Assembly (NCBI RefSeq): GCF_009914755.1
Contig: NC_060946.1
Reading direction: 5' to 3' (one strand)
DNA from: the human T2T-CHM13v2.0 reference genome, Homo sapiens
DNA: 64,000 nucleotides
The position numbers and the translations under genes were made by a program. Position 1 is the first letter of the stretch, and each line of letters begins with the position of its first letter. The notes under the pieces were generated by a model. That model was not told the origin of the DNA and ran no database searches. It saw only the letters and a program-made list of their open reading frames with translations. Positions 11,394 to 25,194 of the stretch are shown piece by piece.

Positions 11394-12949
11394 CCTGCTG
11401 AGGTGCTTGCTGAAGGCAAAGGGAATACAAAATGGGTAGTAGAAGAAGGTAGTCATCAATACCAGCTATGACTATGTGACCACTTGCAGAAACGAGGACT
11501 GTAATTGTCAAGAGCATTTCCTTCTTCTTTTGTTAAAAACATGTTTGTGTATGTATACACTTGTACTAAGAAAATTCCTTCATTTTATTTCCTTTTTCCT
11601 TTGTCATGTGACATAAGATTTATTGACTTTATGTCAGCATTTAAGTGTTGTTAACTTTAATACCATTTGGGTTGGGAATTGATGCATTTCTGGTTGTACA
11701 AAGGGTAGTTGTATTATGTTAGGTGTAATTATGACCTTATTATTGTCTTTATTTGAAGATTATGTATGATCTCAGGAGATGTATATGGGTTCAAATTGAC
11801 AAGGGGTGAACTTGTGTTGGTTAATACTGAGTGTCAACTTGATTGGATTGAAGGATGCAAAGTATTGATCCTGGCTGTGTCTGTGAGGGTGTTGCCAAAG
11901 GAGATTAATATATGAGTCAGTGGGCTGGGAAAGGCAGACCCACTGTTAATCTGGGTGGGCACAATCTAATTAGCTGCCAGCATGGCTAGGATAAAAGCAG
12001 GCAGAAGAACATGAAAATACTAGACTGGCTTAGCCTCCCAGCCTACATCTTTCTCCCATGCTGGATGCTTCCTGCCCTTGAACATCGGACTTTAAGTTCT
12101 TCAGCTTTGGGACTTAGACTGGCTTCCTTGCTCTTCAGGTTGCAGATGGCCTATTTTGGAACCTTGTGATTGTGTGAGTTTAATACTCCTTAGTAAACTC
12201 CTCTACATATATAACCTATTAGTTCTGTCCCTCTGGAGAACCCTAATACACCATCATTTACAATAAAGACCGCCTGAGTGATGAAAAATTAAATGCCTGA
12301 GGATCAGTAGGAATTTATATTCTAGAAGAATTCAAATGCTTGCCTAAAATAATTAAATTCCAAAAAGACAATTTCAAGTATCATGGGGAGAATATTTTAA
12401 AGATTCTGGTGGGGGACACCTGGGCCCAGTAATCTCACCACTTATGAGAAGGAGAAGTAAGACCCTGGAGTCATAAGCCCTCAAGGTTATGCTACCCTGG
12501 CTTGCTAAGGGAGTTGGCCAAGTCATAGTGCTTTTTTTGGGCCTTGATTCTCCTCTATAGAGAGGATGGACTTGGAGATCTTGAGCTCTTGCAGTTAGGA
12601 TCCACTATAGGGTGCCTTTCTTTCCTTAACACATGCTGGCTAACTCTGAAAATGAAATTGTAAAGTCCCTCTTTTCAAAGTCAGCCTGTGGAGAATGTTA
12701 TTACATGTTTGTCTTCCCCAAAGGCAATTGCTTCCACAGCTCTGTCTTATTTTGTAACCAAGGATGAGCTACCACTCCATATCCTACTCAACCAGTAAGC
12801 CACATGGCCATCAGAGCTGTTCTTGCTACCTTATGGCTCTTTCCATCATAAACTGAGTTGAGCCTGTCCCAGATCCCAAAGCCCATCAACCAGCATATTG
12901 CATCCCTTAAGCCTGCTCCAATCAAGATGCCATCCTCACCTCTGCATAG

Positions 12950-14292
12950 ACGGCACAAGTCAAAGTTATTAATAACTTCCACATTGCCAAGTCTAGGGGT
13001 CAATTCTCAGCCTTCACCTAATGAATTTATTGGCAGCATCTGATATGTGCCTCCCTTCTCAATGAAATATTTTTATTGGGATTCTAGGACAGCAGAATCA
13101 AATGGTTTTTCTGCTCTCTTTCTAGTTTTACCTTCCCATTTTCTTTCGTGGAAACTTTTGCCACTTCCTGAACTCTGAATATTGGGGCACCTCCCTACCT
13201 GTCCCCCTGGACTCAGTTATAGGTGCTCCCCACATGTTTCTATTCAGTCTCAAAGCTTTAAATATCATCTATAGGATGATAATTATTGCAGTTTTGGTTC
13301 CCACTCAGAGCTCGTTTTCAAATTCCAGACTCATGCAATGCTTACTTAGGAACTGCCACTAAGGAATCGAACAGACAGCTCAAACTTACCATGTCCAGTG
13401 ACTTATTCTTGACTTCATCCCTAATTCTTTCTTTATCCTTCTCTATCTTTGTAAGTGGTGCCTTCATCCTTGCAATTGTTGAAGCCAGAACTTTTGACTT
13501 CTACTTTTTCCTTTCTTTTTCTCACACCGCATCCCAGCACATCATCACGTCCTGTCTGATCTACCTTTAGAAAGTGTCTATAATCTGACAACTTCTCACA
13601 GTCTCCCCTGCCACTGACTTTGACTATAGACTCCTACTGATCCAGTTTCCCTGCTTCTATTCTTGCTTTTTTAGAATCTAAACTGTATAGCGAGCAGAAA
13701 AAAAAATCTTCATAAAACACATGTCAGTTTACGGCATTTCTCTGATAAAACTCTCATCTGAATTCTCACTATCTCAAAGTATCCCAAATCTTTATTGTAA
13801 CCTTAAGGCCACATGTGCTATGACTCTTGATCCTTCTTAAAATTTCATCTCCTCCCAGTCCCTTCCGTTGTTCCAGCCACACTGGCCTTCTTCTTTCTCG
13901 CAAGCTTACCAAGAGCCTTTCTCCTTCAGAGGCACTTGGTCTCTCTTTGCCCAGAACACTTTTTGCCCAGCTAGCTCATGGTTTGTTCCATCAGCCCAAA
14001 CCAGCCTCGAGTTGGATGTGACCTCCTTATAGAGGTCTTCCTGGACCATCCTATGTAAGAGTGCCTTTCATCACTCTCAGTCCCCCTTATTTGCTTTTTT
14101 TTTTTTTTTTTTAGTACTTCTTAGCACTGACATGTTACATGTCAGTTTATTAAGTTATGGTCAGTCACTTTTTACTAGAACAGAAACTTCAGGAGAGCAG
14201 GGTCTATGGCTGTTCTGTTTACTATTGTGTTCTGGCACCCGGAACAACGATTGACACATGGAATTTGCTCTATAAATGCTTATTGAAAGAAA
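12950..14292 (+). mobile_element. L2 LINE 3' portion
   Basis: Degenerate L2 motifs ending ...ggcacccggaacaacgattgacacatgg...ataaatgcttattgaaagaa. Confidence 0.7.
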
Positions 14293-14329
14293 GTGGAGCT
14301 CTGTCCCTTTTCTCTCAAAGCACTGTCAG

Positions 14330-15095
14330 CTCTCACATACAAATTATATGCAGACACAAACATACGTACCCACACTGTCTCACACACTTTCTGATGTGCA
14401 CTCGCTCATTTTTACTCTCACAATGACACCCTTGCAGGGTTCCCATGCAGTCCCTATGCATGTGATTTCTGCTGACACCAGGTGAAGCTAAGATCAGCTG
14501 TTAGGGAATATGGACATAAAAGAAGAGAGCTTGAGTAAAACTTAAAATCTGTTCAGATAATGAAAGTGAGAATAACAGACATTTTTAACTAGACTGCATA
14601 GGCTAGTCATATATGCTCTGGTACATACCCAGGCATGTACACTCAGACTCATATACACACTCTTAAATCTCCATGTGCACAAATCCACACACATTCTTAA
14701 ATCTCCATGTGCACAAATACCATCACACATATATACACACAGAGAGGCATTTTCCTACTCACTTGCTCACACACACACTCGAAATTCATGCACCTCTAGG
14801 CTATTCTCTACAGAAACTCACACCCATGCCCAATACACCACACTTCTCTTTATGTATACACCAGTGTAGTAATATATTCACACACACTCATACCTCAAGG
14901 GGTACTCACACTCACTTGCTGTGTCTCCTTCTCCACACACTGGAGCACAAAAATAACTCATACTCTCATCAACTTAGTTATCTACACATGCAATTACATA
15001 AACGCCTACTATAGATACTCGTACATACTCCAGCCCATACTCACACTGCATTTACCAGAACGCTCAACTCCATACACACACACATACACACACTT
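14330..15095. repeat. Degenerate CA-rich low-complexity tract with a 34-bp-period duplication
   Basis: Alternating (CA/TA) runs. tcttaaatctccatgtgcacaaat at 14661-14684 and 14695-14718. Confidence 0.8.
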
Positions 15096-15319
15096 TAAAA
15101 ATTGGCCTAAAATGCTGCAGCCTGTTGTTGTGGAAACAGAAGTCCTCCAAATGACAGGAAAATAACAAGGACACCTGAAGACAAAAGCCTATAGCATCTC
15201 TGTGGAGGTGTGTGCTGTGCAGCTGTGAAGACAGTGCTCTAAGTGGCAGGCTTTTCTTCCTTCTGCTTAGAGAGAGTTAATGGTGTCAGATGGAACCTCC
15301 CTACACTTCCTGGTGAGCT

Positions 15320-17210
15320 ACCTAAATATATATCTTTATCTGCACTTTTACCTTCTTTTTCCCAGTCTCAGAGGCAGTGTTCTTCTGTCTTCTGCATATG
15401 ACATTCTCCACCTGTGCTGCCTTGCCATCTCAACCCAGCCACTGTTCAATCTGTTGTTAGAGACTCTCCCTTACTCTTGACCACTTCCCCCCCCAGAAAG
15501 GAAACCTGTTCTGGTGTTATCAGTAGTGAGAAAACTCACCCCCAATCATTCATTTCCCTTGAATCACATTCCTCTTTCATCTTCAGAGCCAAGCTCCTCA
15601 TTTCCACTCATTCACTTTTCATCATCTCTACTAGTTTGTTCTCATGCTGCTAATAAAGACATACCTGAGACTGGGTAATTTATAAAGGGAAGAGGTTTAA
15701 TTGACTCACAGTTCGGTGTGGCTGGGGAGGCCTCAGGAATCTTAGAATTGTGGCAGAAGAGGAAGCAAATACGTCTTTCTTCACGTGGCAGCAGGAAGGA
15801 GAAGTGCCGAGTGAATGGGGAAAAGCCCCTTATAAAACCATCAGATCTTTTGAGAACTTACTACCATGAGAGCAGCATGGGGGAACCACCCCCGTGATCT
15901 AATCACCTCCCATGAGGTCCTTCCCCCAACACATGAGGATTACAATTTGAATTACAATTCAAGATGAGATTTGGGTGGGGACACAGAGCCAGACCATATC
16001 ATCATCCAACCACTAGATTCAGGATCTTCTTCAATGCCTATTGACTGTCATTGCCTGGCAAAGGTCATGGTTGACCACTCTATTGATAAATTGATACATG
16101 CAGTGGGTACTTTGGCATCTTCATTGGTGTTGGCTTGGGTTCTCTCTGTCATGATTCTTCTTTTATCTCCCACCATACTTTTGTTCAGCTGCTTTTGGAG
16201 GCGTATCTTTCTCTTCTTGCTCCTTATGTCTTCTTGTTTCCCTAGGGTCCTGTGCTAGACCCCATAGTTTCTTTCTGTATTTACTCTGCACCCACTTGAA
16301 CTCATCTGTTCTCATTAATTCAACTACTGCCAAGAGCTGTTCTTTGAGTGTCAGATCTATGTGTTAAAACCTTCTTACTAGGAATCTCCACCCAGTTCTT
16401 TCTCAAGAACCTCAAATTCTACTGAACTTAGTGTGTGTTCCCCCAAATCATTCTATTCCAACCATGCTCTCTGTATCTGGGCATAACATTACCATGTATC
16501 CGCCACCTAAGCCAAGAATCTGGACATCCCTGTAGACTCTTTCTCTATCTTCTGGACCCAATCAGTTCACAAGTTCTTGAGATTCCATATGCTTTCCATC
16601 TCTACAGTCTGTCTCTCATTGTTTCCTTTCCCATCCAGAAAAATCCAAAGGTAACTTACCTCCCACCCACCCACCCATTTAAATAATCTTATACCTATCC
16701 TGTCCATGTTGCCCATTATCTCAAAACCCTTCAGTAGTTTCTTTGGCCCACAGGGTAAATTTCATGACTAGACAAAAACCCTTGCCTTGTCTTTTGATTT
16801 GCTGCCTATCCCTTGTCCTTATAGGTCCCTATTTAGTCTGGTCATATGAATATTCCTGAATTTCCCTGATAACTCCAGGATATTTCAAGCCTTCATGATA
16901 TTCATCCTGCCTGGAATGCCTTTGTCTCCTGGTTCCTCTGTTTCTTCATCTGATGGGTGTTCATCTGTTCAACCTTAAAGACTCAATACCTACTAACTTC
17001 TTGAGGGCCTTTACTGATCATTTTCACCTCTCTCTTTTTTGTTCCCCTACTCAACTCTGAACATGTTCTATCACTGTAACTGTAATACTTGAATACCATT
17101 AGTGTATATCTGCCTTCCTAGTAGACTGAAGTTTCCAGAGGCCAGTGTGCTTGATTCTCTTAGGCACCTTCATATTGCAGGTGCCTGACACATGCAGGTG
17201 CTCAGTCAGC
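15320..17210 (+). mobile_element. L2 LINE interrupted by a THE1 LTR
   Basis: Pyrimidine-rich L2 motifs on both sides of the LTR, ending tagactgaagtttccagaggcc...tgcctgacacatgcaggtgctcagt. Confidence 0.6.
15627..16001 (-). mobile_element. THE1C/D-like MaLR solo LTR
   Basis: THE1 termini (gagatttgggtggggacacagagcc..accatatca). 5-bp TSD tcatc at 15622-15626 and 16002-16006. Confidence 0.9.
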
Positions 17211-17329
17211 TGTGTGTTCACAACCTACTCAGTGCTATCACAGATGATACACTAAGTACATGAAGGCTATGGGAACTCCAAAGCGGGAGTGGCTAACATT
17301 GGTTGGGCAATATAACATCTGAAATATAT

Positions 17330-17530
17330 CCAAAGCAGCATTGCTAATTCCAAACCTACAAACTTAATCCAGCGGAAACACATTTTGCTTGACTCACACA
17401 GTGTTGTAAGAAAACTGGATAAGTCTCTGATATACAAGAGGTCAATCACTCCTTTTCATTTCAACTAACACCTTCACATATTTTTGTTATCTGTCTGCTT
17501 CCTGAATGCATCTGAGTTCATAACTTCTAA
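17330..17530 (-). mobile_element. MER102-like hAT DNA transposon remnant
   Basis: tgttatctgtctgcttcctgaatgcatctgagttcataacttct resembles the MER102 terminus. Recalled from memory only. Confidence 0.4.
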
Positions 17531-17597
17531 TTTATATGCCCCCTTTATATGCCCCTAAAGCAATATTTGGGGCATATAAAAAAAAAAGGACACTTGT

Positions 17598-17957
17598 TGT
17601 ATTACTCTGTTCTCATGCTGCTAATAAAGATATAACAAAGACTGGGTAATTTATAAAGAAAAGAAGTTTAATGGACTCATAGTTCCACATGGCTGGGGAT
17701 CCTCACAATCATGGCAGAAGATGAAGGAAGAGCAAAAGCACATCTTACATGGCAGCAGGGAAGAGGGCATGTGCAGGGCAACTCCCCCTTATAAAACCAT
17801 CAGATCTCGTGGGACTTATTCACTCTTGTGAGAATGACATGGGAAAAACTCCACTCCCATGATTCAATTACCTCCCACCAGGTCCCTCCCATGACATGTA
17901 GGGATTATTACAATTCAAGGTGAGATTTGGGTGGGGACACAGAGCCAAACCATATTA
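17598..17957 (-). mobile_element. THE1B-like MaLR solo LTR
   Basis: THE1 termini. TSD cttgt (17593-17597) / cttct (17958-17962). Confidence 0.9.
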
Positions 17958-18446
17958 CTTCTTTATTGTATGTTGGTTATAAGAGGAAATATTTTAGGAT
18001 CAAATGGCCCATGTTTTAATCATAAATGCCTCACTTACTAGTTACATAGCATTAGGCAATTTAATTCATCATTCTGGGCCTCAAATTCTTCTAGTTTAGA
18101 CATGGGGACACTAATAGTACCCAATTCGTTGCATTGTTACGAAAATTAGTAAATACACATAAAACACTTAGAATAGTGCACTCAATAAGTGTTAGCTATT
18201 ATTCATTATTATTTATTGTTTGGGCAAAGGAAATCATAGGTATAAAGTCTTCAGAGTTTGAAAGAACATTGCATATTGGGCAAAATTAAGATGCTAAGTG
18301 AGGAAGAAATATGAAAATAATGGGAGGTGGGAAGAGGTAGAGATGACATCTCATTGTTTTGCCCAATTGAGAGCCCAAAACATAATGGGCATTCATTACA
18401 TCTTAGTAGACTAGGTGAATAATTGAATGAATGAATAAATATTTCC

Positions 18447-18782
18447 GTCTTAGTATGTTCCTGCTACTATAACAAAATAACTTACACTGGGTAATTTGTG
18501 AATGATGGAGATTTTATTTCTCACTGTTCTGGAAGGATGAGATCAAGATCATGGCACCAAAACATTCAATGTTGGGTGAGTGCCTGTCTCACTGATGGTG
18601 TCTATTTGCAGCATCTTCGCATGGTGGAAAAGGCAAAAGGGCAAAGGGGCCCAGCTAGTTCCTTCTGATTCTTTTACAAGGGTATTAATTCCACTCATGA
18701 CAGTGGGGCCCTCATGACCTATTAATCCCCCAAAAGTCCCACCTTTTAATACTGGAGGAACACAAACATTCAAACCATAGCA
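18447..18782 (-). mobile_element. MST/MLT1A-class MaLR LTR
   Basis: gtcttagt..ctgctactataacaaaata start and acattcaaaccatagca end. Confidence 0.75.
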
Positions 18783-18859
18783 ACTCCCAAGGCTCTCATT
18801 GGCTAGGGGGTCCAGCTACCAAGTGGCCTGAAAAAGAACTGAAGATATTGGTTCATGGT

Positions 18860-19640
18860 TCATGCTTTGAGGATCTCCTGTGTGTGCCAAGCACTGTATT
18901 AGGGGCTTATATCATTGAAACAAACAAAGATCTCTTCCTTCCTGGACATTCTAGCAGGGGAAGGTAGGCCATAAACAATATGCACAGAAATTAAGTAAAT
19001 TATGTAGTATACTTGCAAATAATAAGTGATCCACATTCTGGTTGCTATGAGAAATATAATGGTGGCAAGGGTACAAGCAGGGATCCTGTTAGGAGGCTAT
19101 GGTGCGATTTGGGTGAGGGGTAATGGTGGTCACAGTAATGTTGGGCTAGGGGAATCAAGAGGGCCAAGAGATTTGGTTGGCAGAGGCAGGTAGCTTTATT
19201 AAATAGGGTGTTTGGTGTAGGTTTCATTGAGAAGAGCTATTTGAGCAAAGACATGAAGTAGGTAAGTGGGTTACTAAAGTGGGTAAACATGGGAAGGGCA
19301 TCCTAGGCAGAGGAAATAGCTAAAGCAAAAGTGCTGAGGCTGGAGCATGTCTAATGGGTTTGAGAAGCAGCAAGTAAGCCAGAGGGGCTGGCGTGGAGTG
19401 AGGGAGGGCAGAGCACCAGGAAAACAGAGAGGTAACATGGGCTGGAGGGCCTAGATGTTCATTGTAAGGACATTGTCACTCTAGAGAAACTGGGCATAAT
19501 CACAGTGTCTGGAGCCAAGGAGTGAGTGCATGGTCTAACTTTATTAAAAGAATCCTTATAGCTTCTATGTACAAACTGCACTGTGAGTGGCAAGGATGAA
19601 AGCAGAGCCTTATTAAGAGGCAGGTGAGAGATGATGGTGG
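18860..19640 (-). mobile_element. L2 LINE fragments
   Basis: tgtgccaagcactgtattagggg, ggcagaggaaatagctaaagcaaaagtgctgagg, caggtgagagatgatggtgg. Confidence 0.65.
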
Positions 19641-21846
19641 TAGAGATAAAGCACATTCTTTAGGAGTGAATATTACGCTCAGAAAGAAAATAAAGCTGAG
19701 AAGACCACTAATTTATGAAGATGCATGGGTCCAAGCAAAGGAAAATTCAGTTTCATCTGTGGTCATACACAATCCTGGTCCCTTGATTTGCCTTCTTTTT
19801 TTCTATAATGACCACAACTCTGAAAACATTTACCTGCTTGTAAAAAGATAATTATAGTTATAAAAACAACAATATCACAGCACCTAATGTTGATGAAACA
19901 TCTAGTGAAAGCTAAGCCCTATTCTAAATTCTTTGCTTATATTTACTATTTAAAACTATGAGGCAAGCTGATGGATATCTCAGTCACTTTGGTTTGATTA
20001 TATGAATGGATCAGATCATCCTATATACCATTAAAATATGCATAGCTGTTATGTATCAATGAAAAACAAAAAATAAATCAGCGTCTGAAAAAAATTATGA
20101 GAAGGGTTCCGTTCTTATCCCATTTAAAGAGGTGCACAAGAAGGCACAGACAGGTTCAATGACTTGTCTAAGGTCACACAATTAATAAGTGGCAGAGCCA
20201 AGATATGATCCTGGATGTGTAAATCCAAGGCCTGTATTCTTTGCTCTCCACTGTACTATTCCCCAAGTAGTGGAAATGCGAACTCAGTGAATGAATTAGG
20301 CACAGGAGTAGAAAATTGAGAGTCTGGGATGATTTTGCAGAGCCCACTTAGATATAGTCGTTATGCATGAATGCCATTAATGACCATCTTTAGATTTTTG
20401 TATCTATTTGGTTTTTAATTGTATCACTATTTTATTTCTTTTTTTTTACCATTTTTATATTTCTCTTAGATCTTCTCAGTTTTTAGGACATGGAAGTAGG
20501 GTTGTTCTTGTTATTTATTATAAAATAAGCAAAATAGTTTTGTTCTTTGTTCTGCTGAACAAGAGTGCCCTGATAGCTTGTTGGATTTCTGTAGGGGAAG
20601 TGTTTCTTCCAAATTCTCAGAGAATCTTAATAGCCCACCTTTTCATTACTCACTTCTTACAGTAATTGCGGTCTTTAACTTTATAACGTGATTGTTAATA
20701 GCAGGGCAAGCTGCTTAGAGAAACTTTAATTGGGGTTAAATTAATAAAATCAATATCATCTCTTAAATTCCAGCTTTTATCTACTTGTAATGTGTTTATC
20801 AATCATAACATGAAGCTATGCATCATCTGAATGATTTCAATAAAATTTTATTTTCTCGATGTAGAGTTAATATACTTCAGTTTGGAAATATTTATAGAGA
20901 AATAGTAGGCAGGAGGATTTTTGCTGATGGTGGTGGTGAAGTGTGTGCATGTGTGTGTTTGGGGCGGGGAGTGGGGCAGAGGTAAGGTGGCTGTCTGTCT
21001 GTCTGTCTTAGTAGAAAGAATCAAACAGAATTGTTGTCCCTCCACAACATTTTTCTCTTGGTTTTCCTCTGACATCTCTGGAGCCACTCTCTTTGCTTCC
21101 TTTGATAGCTTCTTTTTTCAGTGTTCCTCCAATGAGTGGGCTTCTCAAGGCTCTTTTCTAGATGTTTGTCTCTTCTCTTTTTCAAGTGGAATTTTTTACT
21201 TGAGTGTCTCATGGGTCCATTAGAGCCAAAATTATTATCTTTTTCCCACCACTCACCACAACCCTGATCCTGCCTGTCCTCCAATATTAACCATCTTGAT
21301 CAAGAACACCAACATCCCATTTCTTGGAGCCAGACTACATCCTCAGCATCAATTCATCCAAAAATTGGTCACACAATTCTGGCTTCCATCGAGACTTAAG
21401 GGATATATCAACCAAGGTTTAGCTGTACTGACCCCATTTGGATCTTGCTTCAAACAAACTGCATAAAAACCAATGTAAAAATAAAAAGATGACATGATTG
21501 AGAAAATGTTAATACTGAGTGTGCGGCAATGTTAGAGAAATTACTGCTATTATTTTAAGTGTTATAATGATGTGATTGTGTTTTTAAAAGTTTTCAGTTT
21601 TCAGAAATGCATACTTAAAAATTTTAGAGGCGGTGTTATTATGTTTAGAATTTACTTCAAAATAATCTAGTAATAGGGAAGGGGAAAGAGAGATTAATAA
21701 AATCCCTGGCCATGGGTTAATAATTATTGAAGCTGGGCGATGAGTACATTGGGGTTAATTATATCATGTTATTGTCTGTATTTATGTATGATTGAGATAT
21801 ACATACATATCTACACATGTGTGTTTGTGTGTGTGTGTGTGTGTGT

Positions 21847-22072
21847 TAGGGTGTCTTAACCTTGGCACTATTGACATTTGGGGCTGGATAATTCTGTGTT
21901 TTTGTGGGATAAGGGTGCTGGTCCTGTATAGTATATGATGTTAAGCAGCATCCCTGGCCTCTACTCGCTAGATACTAACACCACCTCCTTCAGTTGTGAC
22001 AACCAAAAATATCTTCAGACATTGCCAAATGTCCTCCAGGGAAGCAAAATCATTCCTGGTTGAGAACCACTG
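21847..22072 (+). mobile_element. MER20 hAT-Charlie non-autonomous DNA transposon
   Basis: aaccttggcactattgacatttggggctggataatt...agacattgccaaatgtcc...ggttgagaaccactg. Confidence 0.9.
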
Positions 22073-22559
22073 CTCCATCTCATTACCCTGCTTAGCAATT
22101 ACCACTACTTTGACTTTACGTTGCATATTTATTTCTTTGGTTTGTCTTCTAGACAGATAAGCTGTAAGTTCTGTGATTCCATTAGCTCCATTCCACTAGA
22201 ATGAAGCCTCATTAAGGCAGACACTATGTCTCTTGTGTTTGCTGCTGTATCCTGAGTACCTGGCACAGAGTAGAAAATCAATCAATATTAGTAGCATCAA
22301 TAAAAAAAAATCTTTCAAAGGAGGCAGATCTGAAATGTCACTTCTCAGACAGGCATGCTTACTGTCCTTTTGGGTAAGTTACTTGCCAGCCCTAAGCTTC
22401 TGTTTCCTCATCTACAAAATAGAGATAATAATAGTGCCTACATCATGGGTTTGTTACAGGGGTTAAACATAGGGTGACAATACTTGCTTGGAACAGTCCC
22501 AGTTTTTGCATTGTGTCCCAGCATACTTATTAATAATGCCATCTTATAAGAATTGTCCT

Positions 22560-22853
<294 letters not shown>

Positions 22854-23135
22854 TTATTTGGATGATCAGTCATACGGTGACACGTGGCAACATGTCAGTG
22901 TCTGTGCCCTGGTTCGGAGGTACCTAGTACATGGCAAGTGGGCCATGGTCATAGTTATTATTTTCCAGTATTCTCCCCAGATGGACACTCAGTGGCCTTC
23001 CATGTGGGCAGCATGACATCCAGCTCCATCCTGTGGCTGATAAGCCCTTTGGCTCTTGCTGATCTTTAATCCTTGACTCTCAAAACCCTCCCTCACTGTA
23101 GTCCCCCTGCCCATCCTCCAGCAAGTCATGCCCTT

Positions 23136-23453
23136 CCCTCCCTCCCTTCTTTCTTTCTCTCTTTTTTTTTTTTTTTTGACGGAGTCTCATTCTGTCACCC
23201 AGTCTGGAGTGCAATGGCGCAATCTCAGCTCAGTGCAACCTCCGCCTCCTGGGTTCAAGCGATTCTCCTGCCTCAGCCACCTAGCTGGGATTACAGGTGC
23301 CTGCCACCATGCCCAGCTGATTTTTGTATTTTTAGTAGAGACGGAGTCTCACCATGTTGGCCAAACTGGTCTTGAACTCCTGACCTCAAATCATCCACCC
23401 GCCTCGGCCTCCCAAAATGCTGGGGTTACAGGTGTGAGGCACTGTGCCCAGCC
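23136..23453 (-). mobile_element. AluS with tail expanded to a pyrimidine microsatellite
   Basis: TSD aagtcatgccctt at 23123-23135 and 23454-23466. Confidence 0.92.
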
Positions 23454-23880
23454 AAGTCATGCCCTTTCTTTCTCAACTCCGGGACTTTCTCCTTTTCTGT
23501 GTGGGAAAGCCCTTCCCCCATTATCACCTGTCTTACCTCCACCTTTCCTGCAGGAACTGCCTTAAATGTTACTTCTTCCAAGAAGCCAGCCTTGAGCCCA
23601 CAGACTAACATCCTTGGTTCTATGTGATGACAGTATCCAGTATCCCAATTCATCATAATTAATGCTTTACTGGACTGGAAGTTGTATGATACTATGGGTC
23701 ATGATTGCATGATTGCATTTTTCTCAATTCAGCATCCCTGGGATATAAATTACATGATTCAGTCAATAATTGTTTATTTGTTGCATGCATACGCTAATTA
23801 AATAAAATCAGATCCTGGCTCTAATCCTACTTCTGTGTCATTTGTGATCCATTTTCCTCATTACAATGGTAACTACCTCA

Positions 23881-24174
<294 letters not shown>

Positions 24175-25194
24175 AAGAATAAATATAACAGTGTATGTAA
24201 TGTTTTCTGCATATAGTAAGAGCTCAATCTACATACATAGATAGGGACCACCTATTCTAAGCCTAATTCTCATCCCCTCTCAAATAGAATGACTATTTTA
24301 TTCATTCTGGCTAACTCGAGGATTGGAAGACAATCTTAAATTCTCCCTGATCACACTTGAAGGATGAGATTCTGATAACCAATAAAAGATGATTTTGTCA
24401 TAATGGGGTTTCATTTTCATATTGCTAGGTTAGAAAGAAATTTCAACAAAAAAAAACTATGCTGTGTCCTAAATGGTTAATGATCCTCAGTAAGCAATCT
24501 GTCCAGAATGAGAACGATTTCTTTTGCAGTCTGACAGCTGATCTATAATCAGGTTCTGCTTGGCTGCTATCCTGAGCCCCTCCCTACAGTTCTCCATGGG
24601 GCTCAGTGAACACTGTGAAAGAAAAAAATCCCAAACCTTTTATTACATGCATTTCTGATTTCCCAGAAGTTTCTCAACAGAGGGGGACTTGCAGATGCCT
24701 GCCAGATGTTGCTTTATCTTGTGGGAGAGGAATTCCTTCTTCAAGTGTTTTGAGGTTTATGCTTGGTGAAATTATAGAGCGAGTACTTTCTTGCCGTTCC
24801 TTTTTTTTTTCTTTTATTCCTTCAGTAAACATTAGCAACCACTATCTCTGGGACTGTGATTACAAAGATAAGTAGCATAGTTTCTGCCACCTTAAGCTCT
24901 CAATTAAAAAAAACATGTAGAGCAATTAAGCAGACTATTGCAATAAACGGTATCTACTGCTCTGACACGAAGTGCACAAGGTGATGTAGGAACCCAGAGG
25001 ATGGGTACCTAATGCATTCTGTGCTGGAATCAGGGAACGCTTCCTGAAAGAGGTGTCAGGAAGGATAACCACATATTAGACAGGGGGTAAAAGGTCTTTT
25101 AGGCAGAGGGAACAGCATGTGAGATGACACAGGGATGAAGTAGCCTAGTGTGCAGAGGAAATGGCAAATTATTCATGAAAGAAGTTTAATGTCC

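Larger units (their letters stand above)
8512..12250 (+). mobile_element. HERV-L provirus with MLT2A (MLT2A2-like) LTRs, internally inverted and deleted
   Basis: 5' LTR 8512-8648 (internally deleted), then gattttggtacc at the start of the HERV-L internal region (PBS region). gag, pol/IN and dUTPase remnants. PPT gacaaggggtgaact. 3' LTR 11813-12250 ending ccctaataca. Confidence 0.93.

Noticed and set aside
8507-12255. TSD for the HERV-L provirus
   Set aside because: Flanks cgttc and ccatc match too poorly to call.
14673-15014. His/Thr-rich 113-aa ORF
   Set aside because: Translation of degenerate CA repeats.
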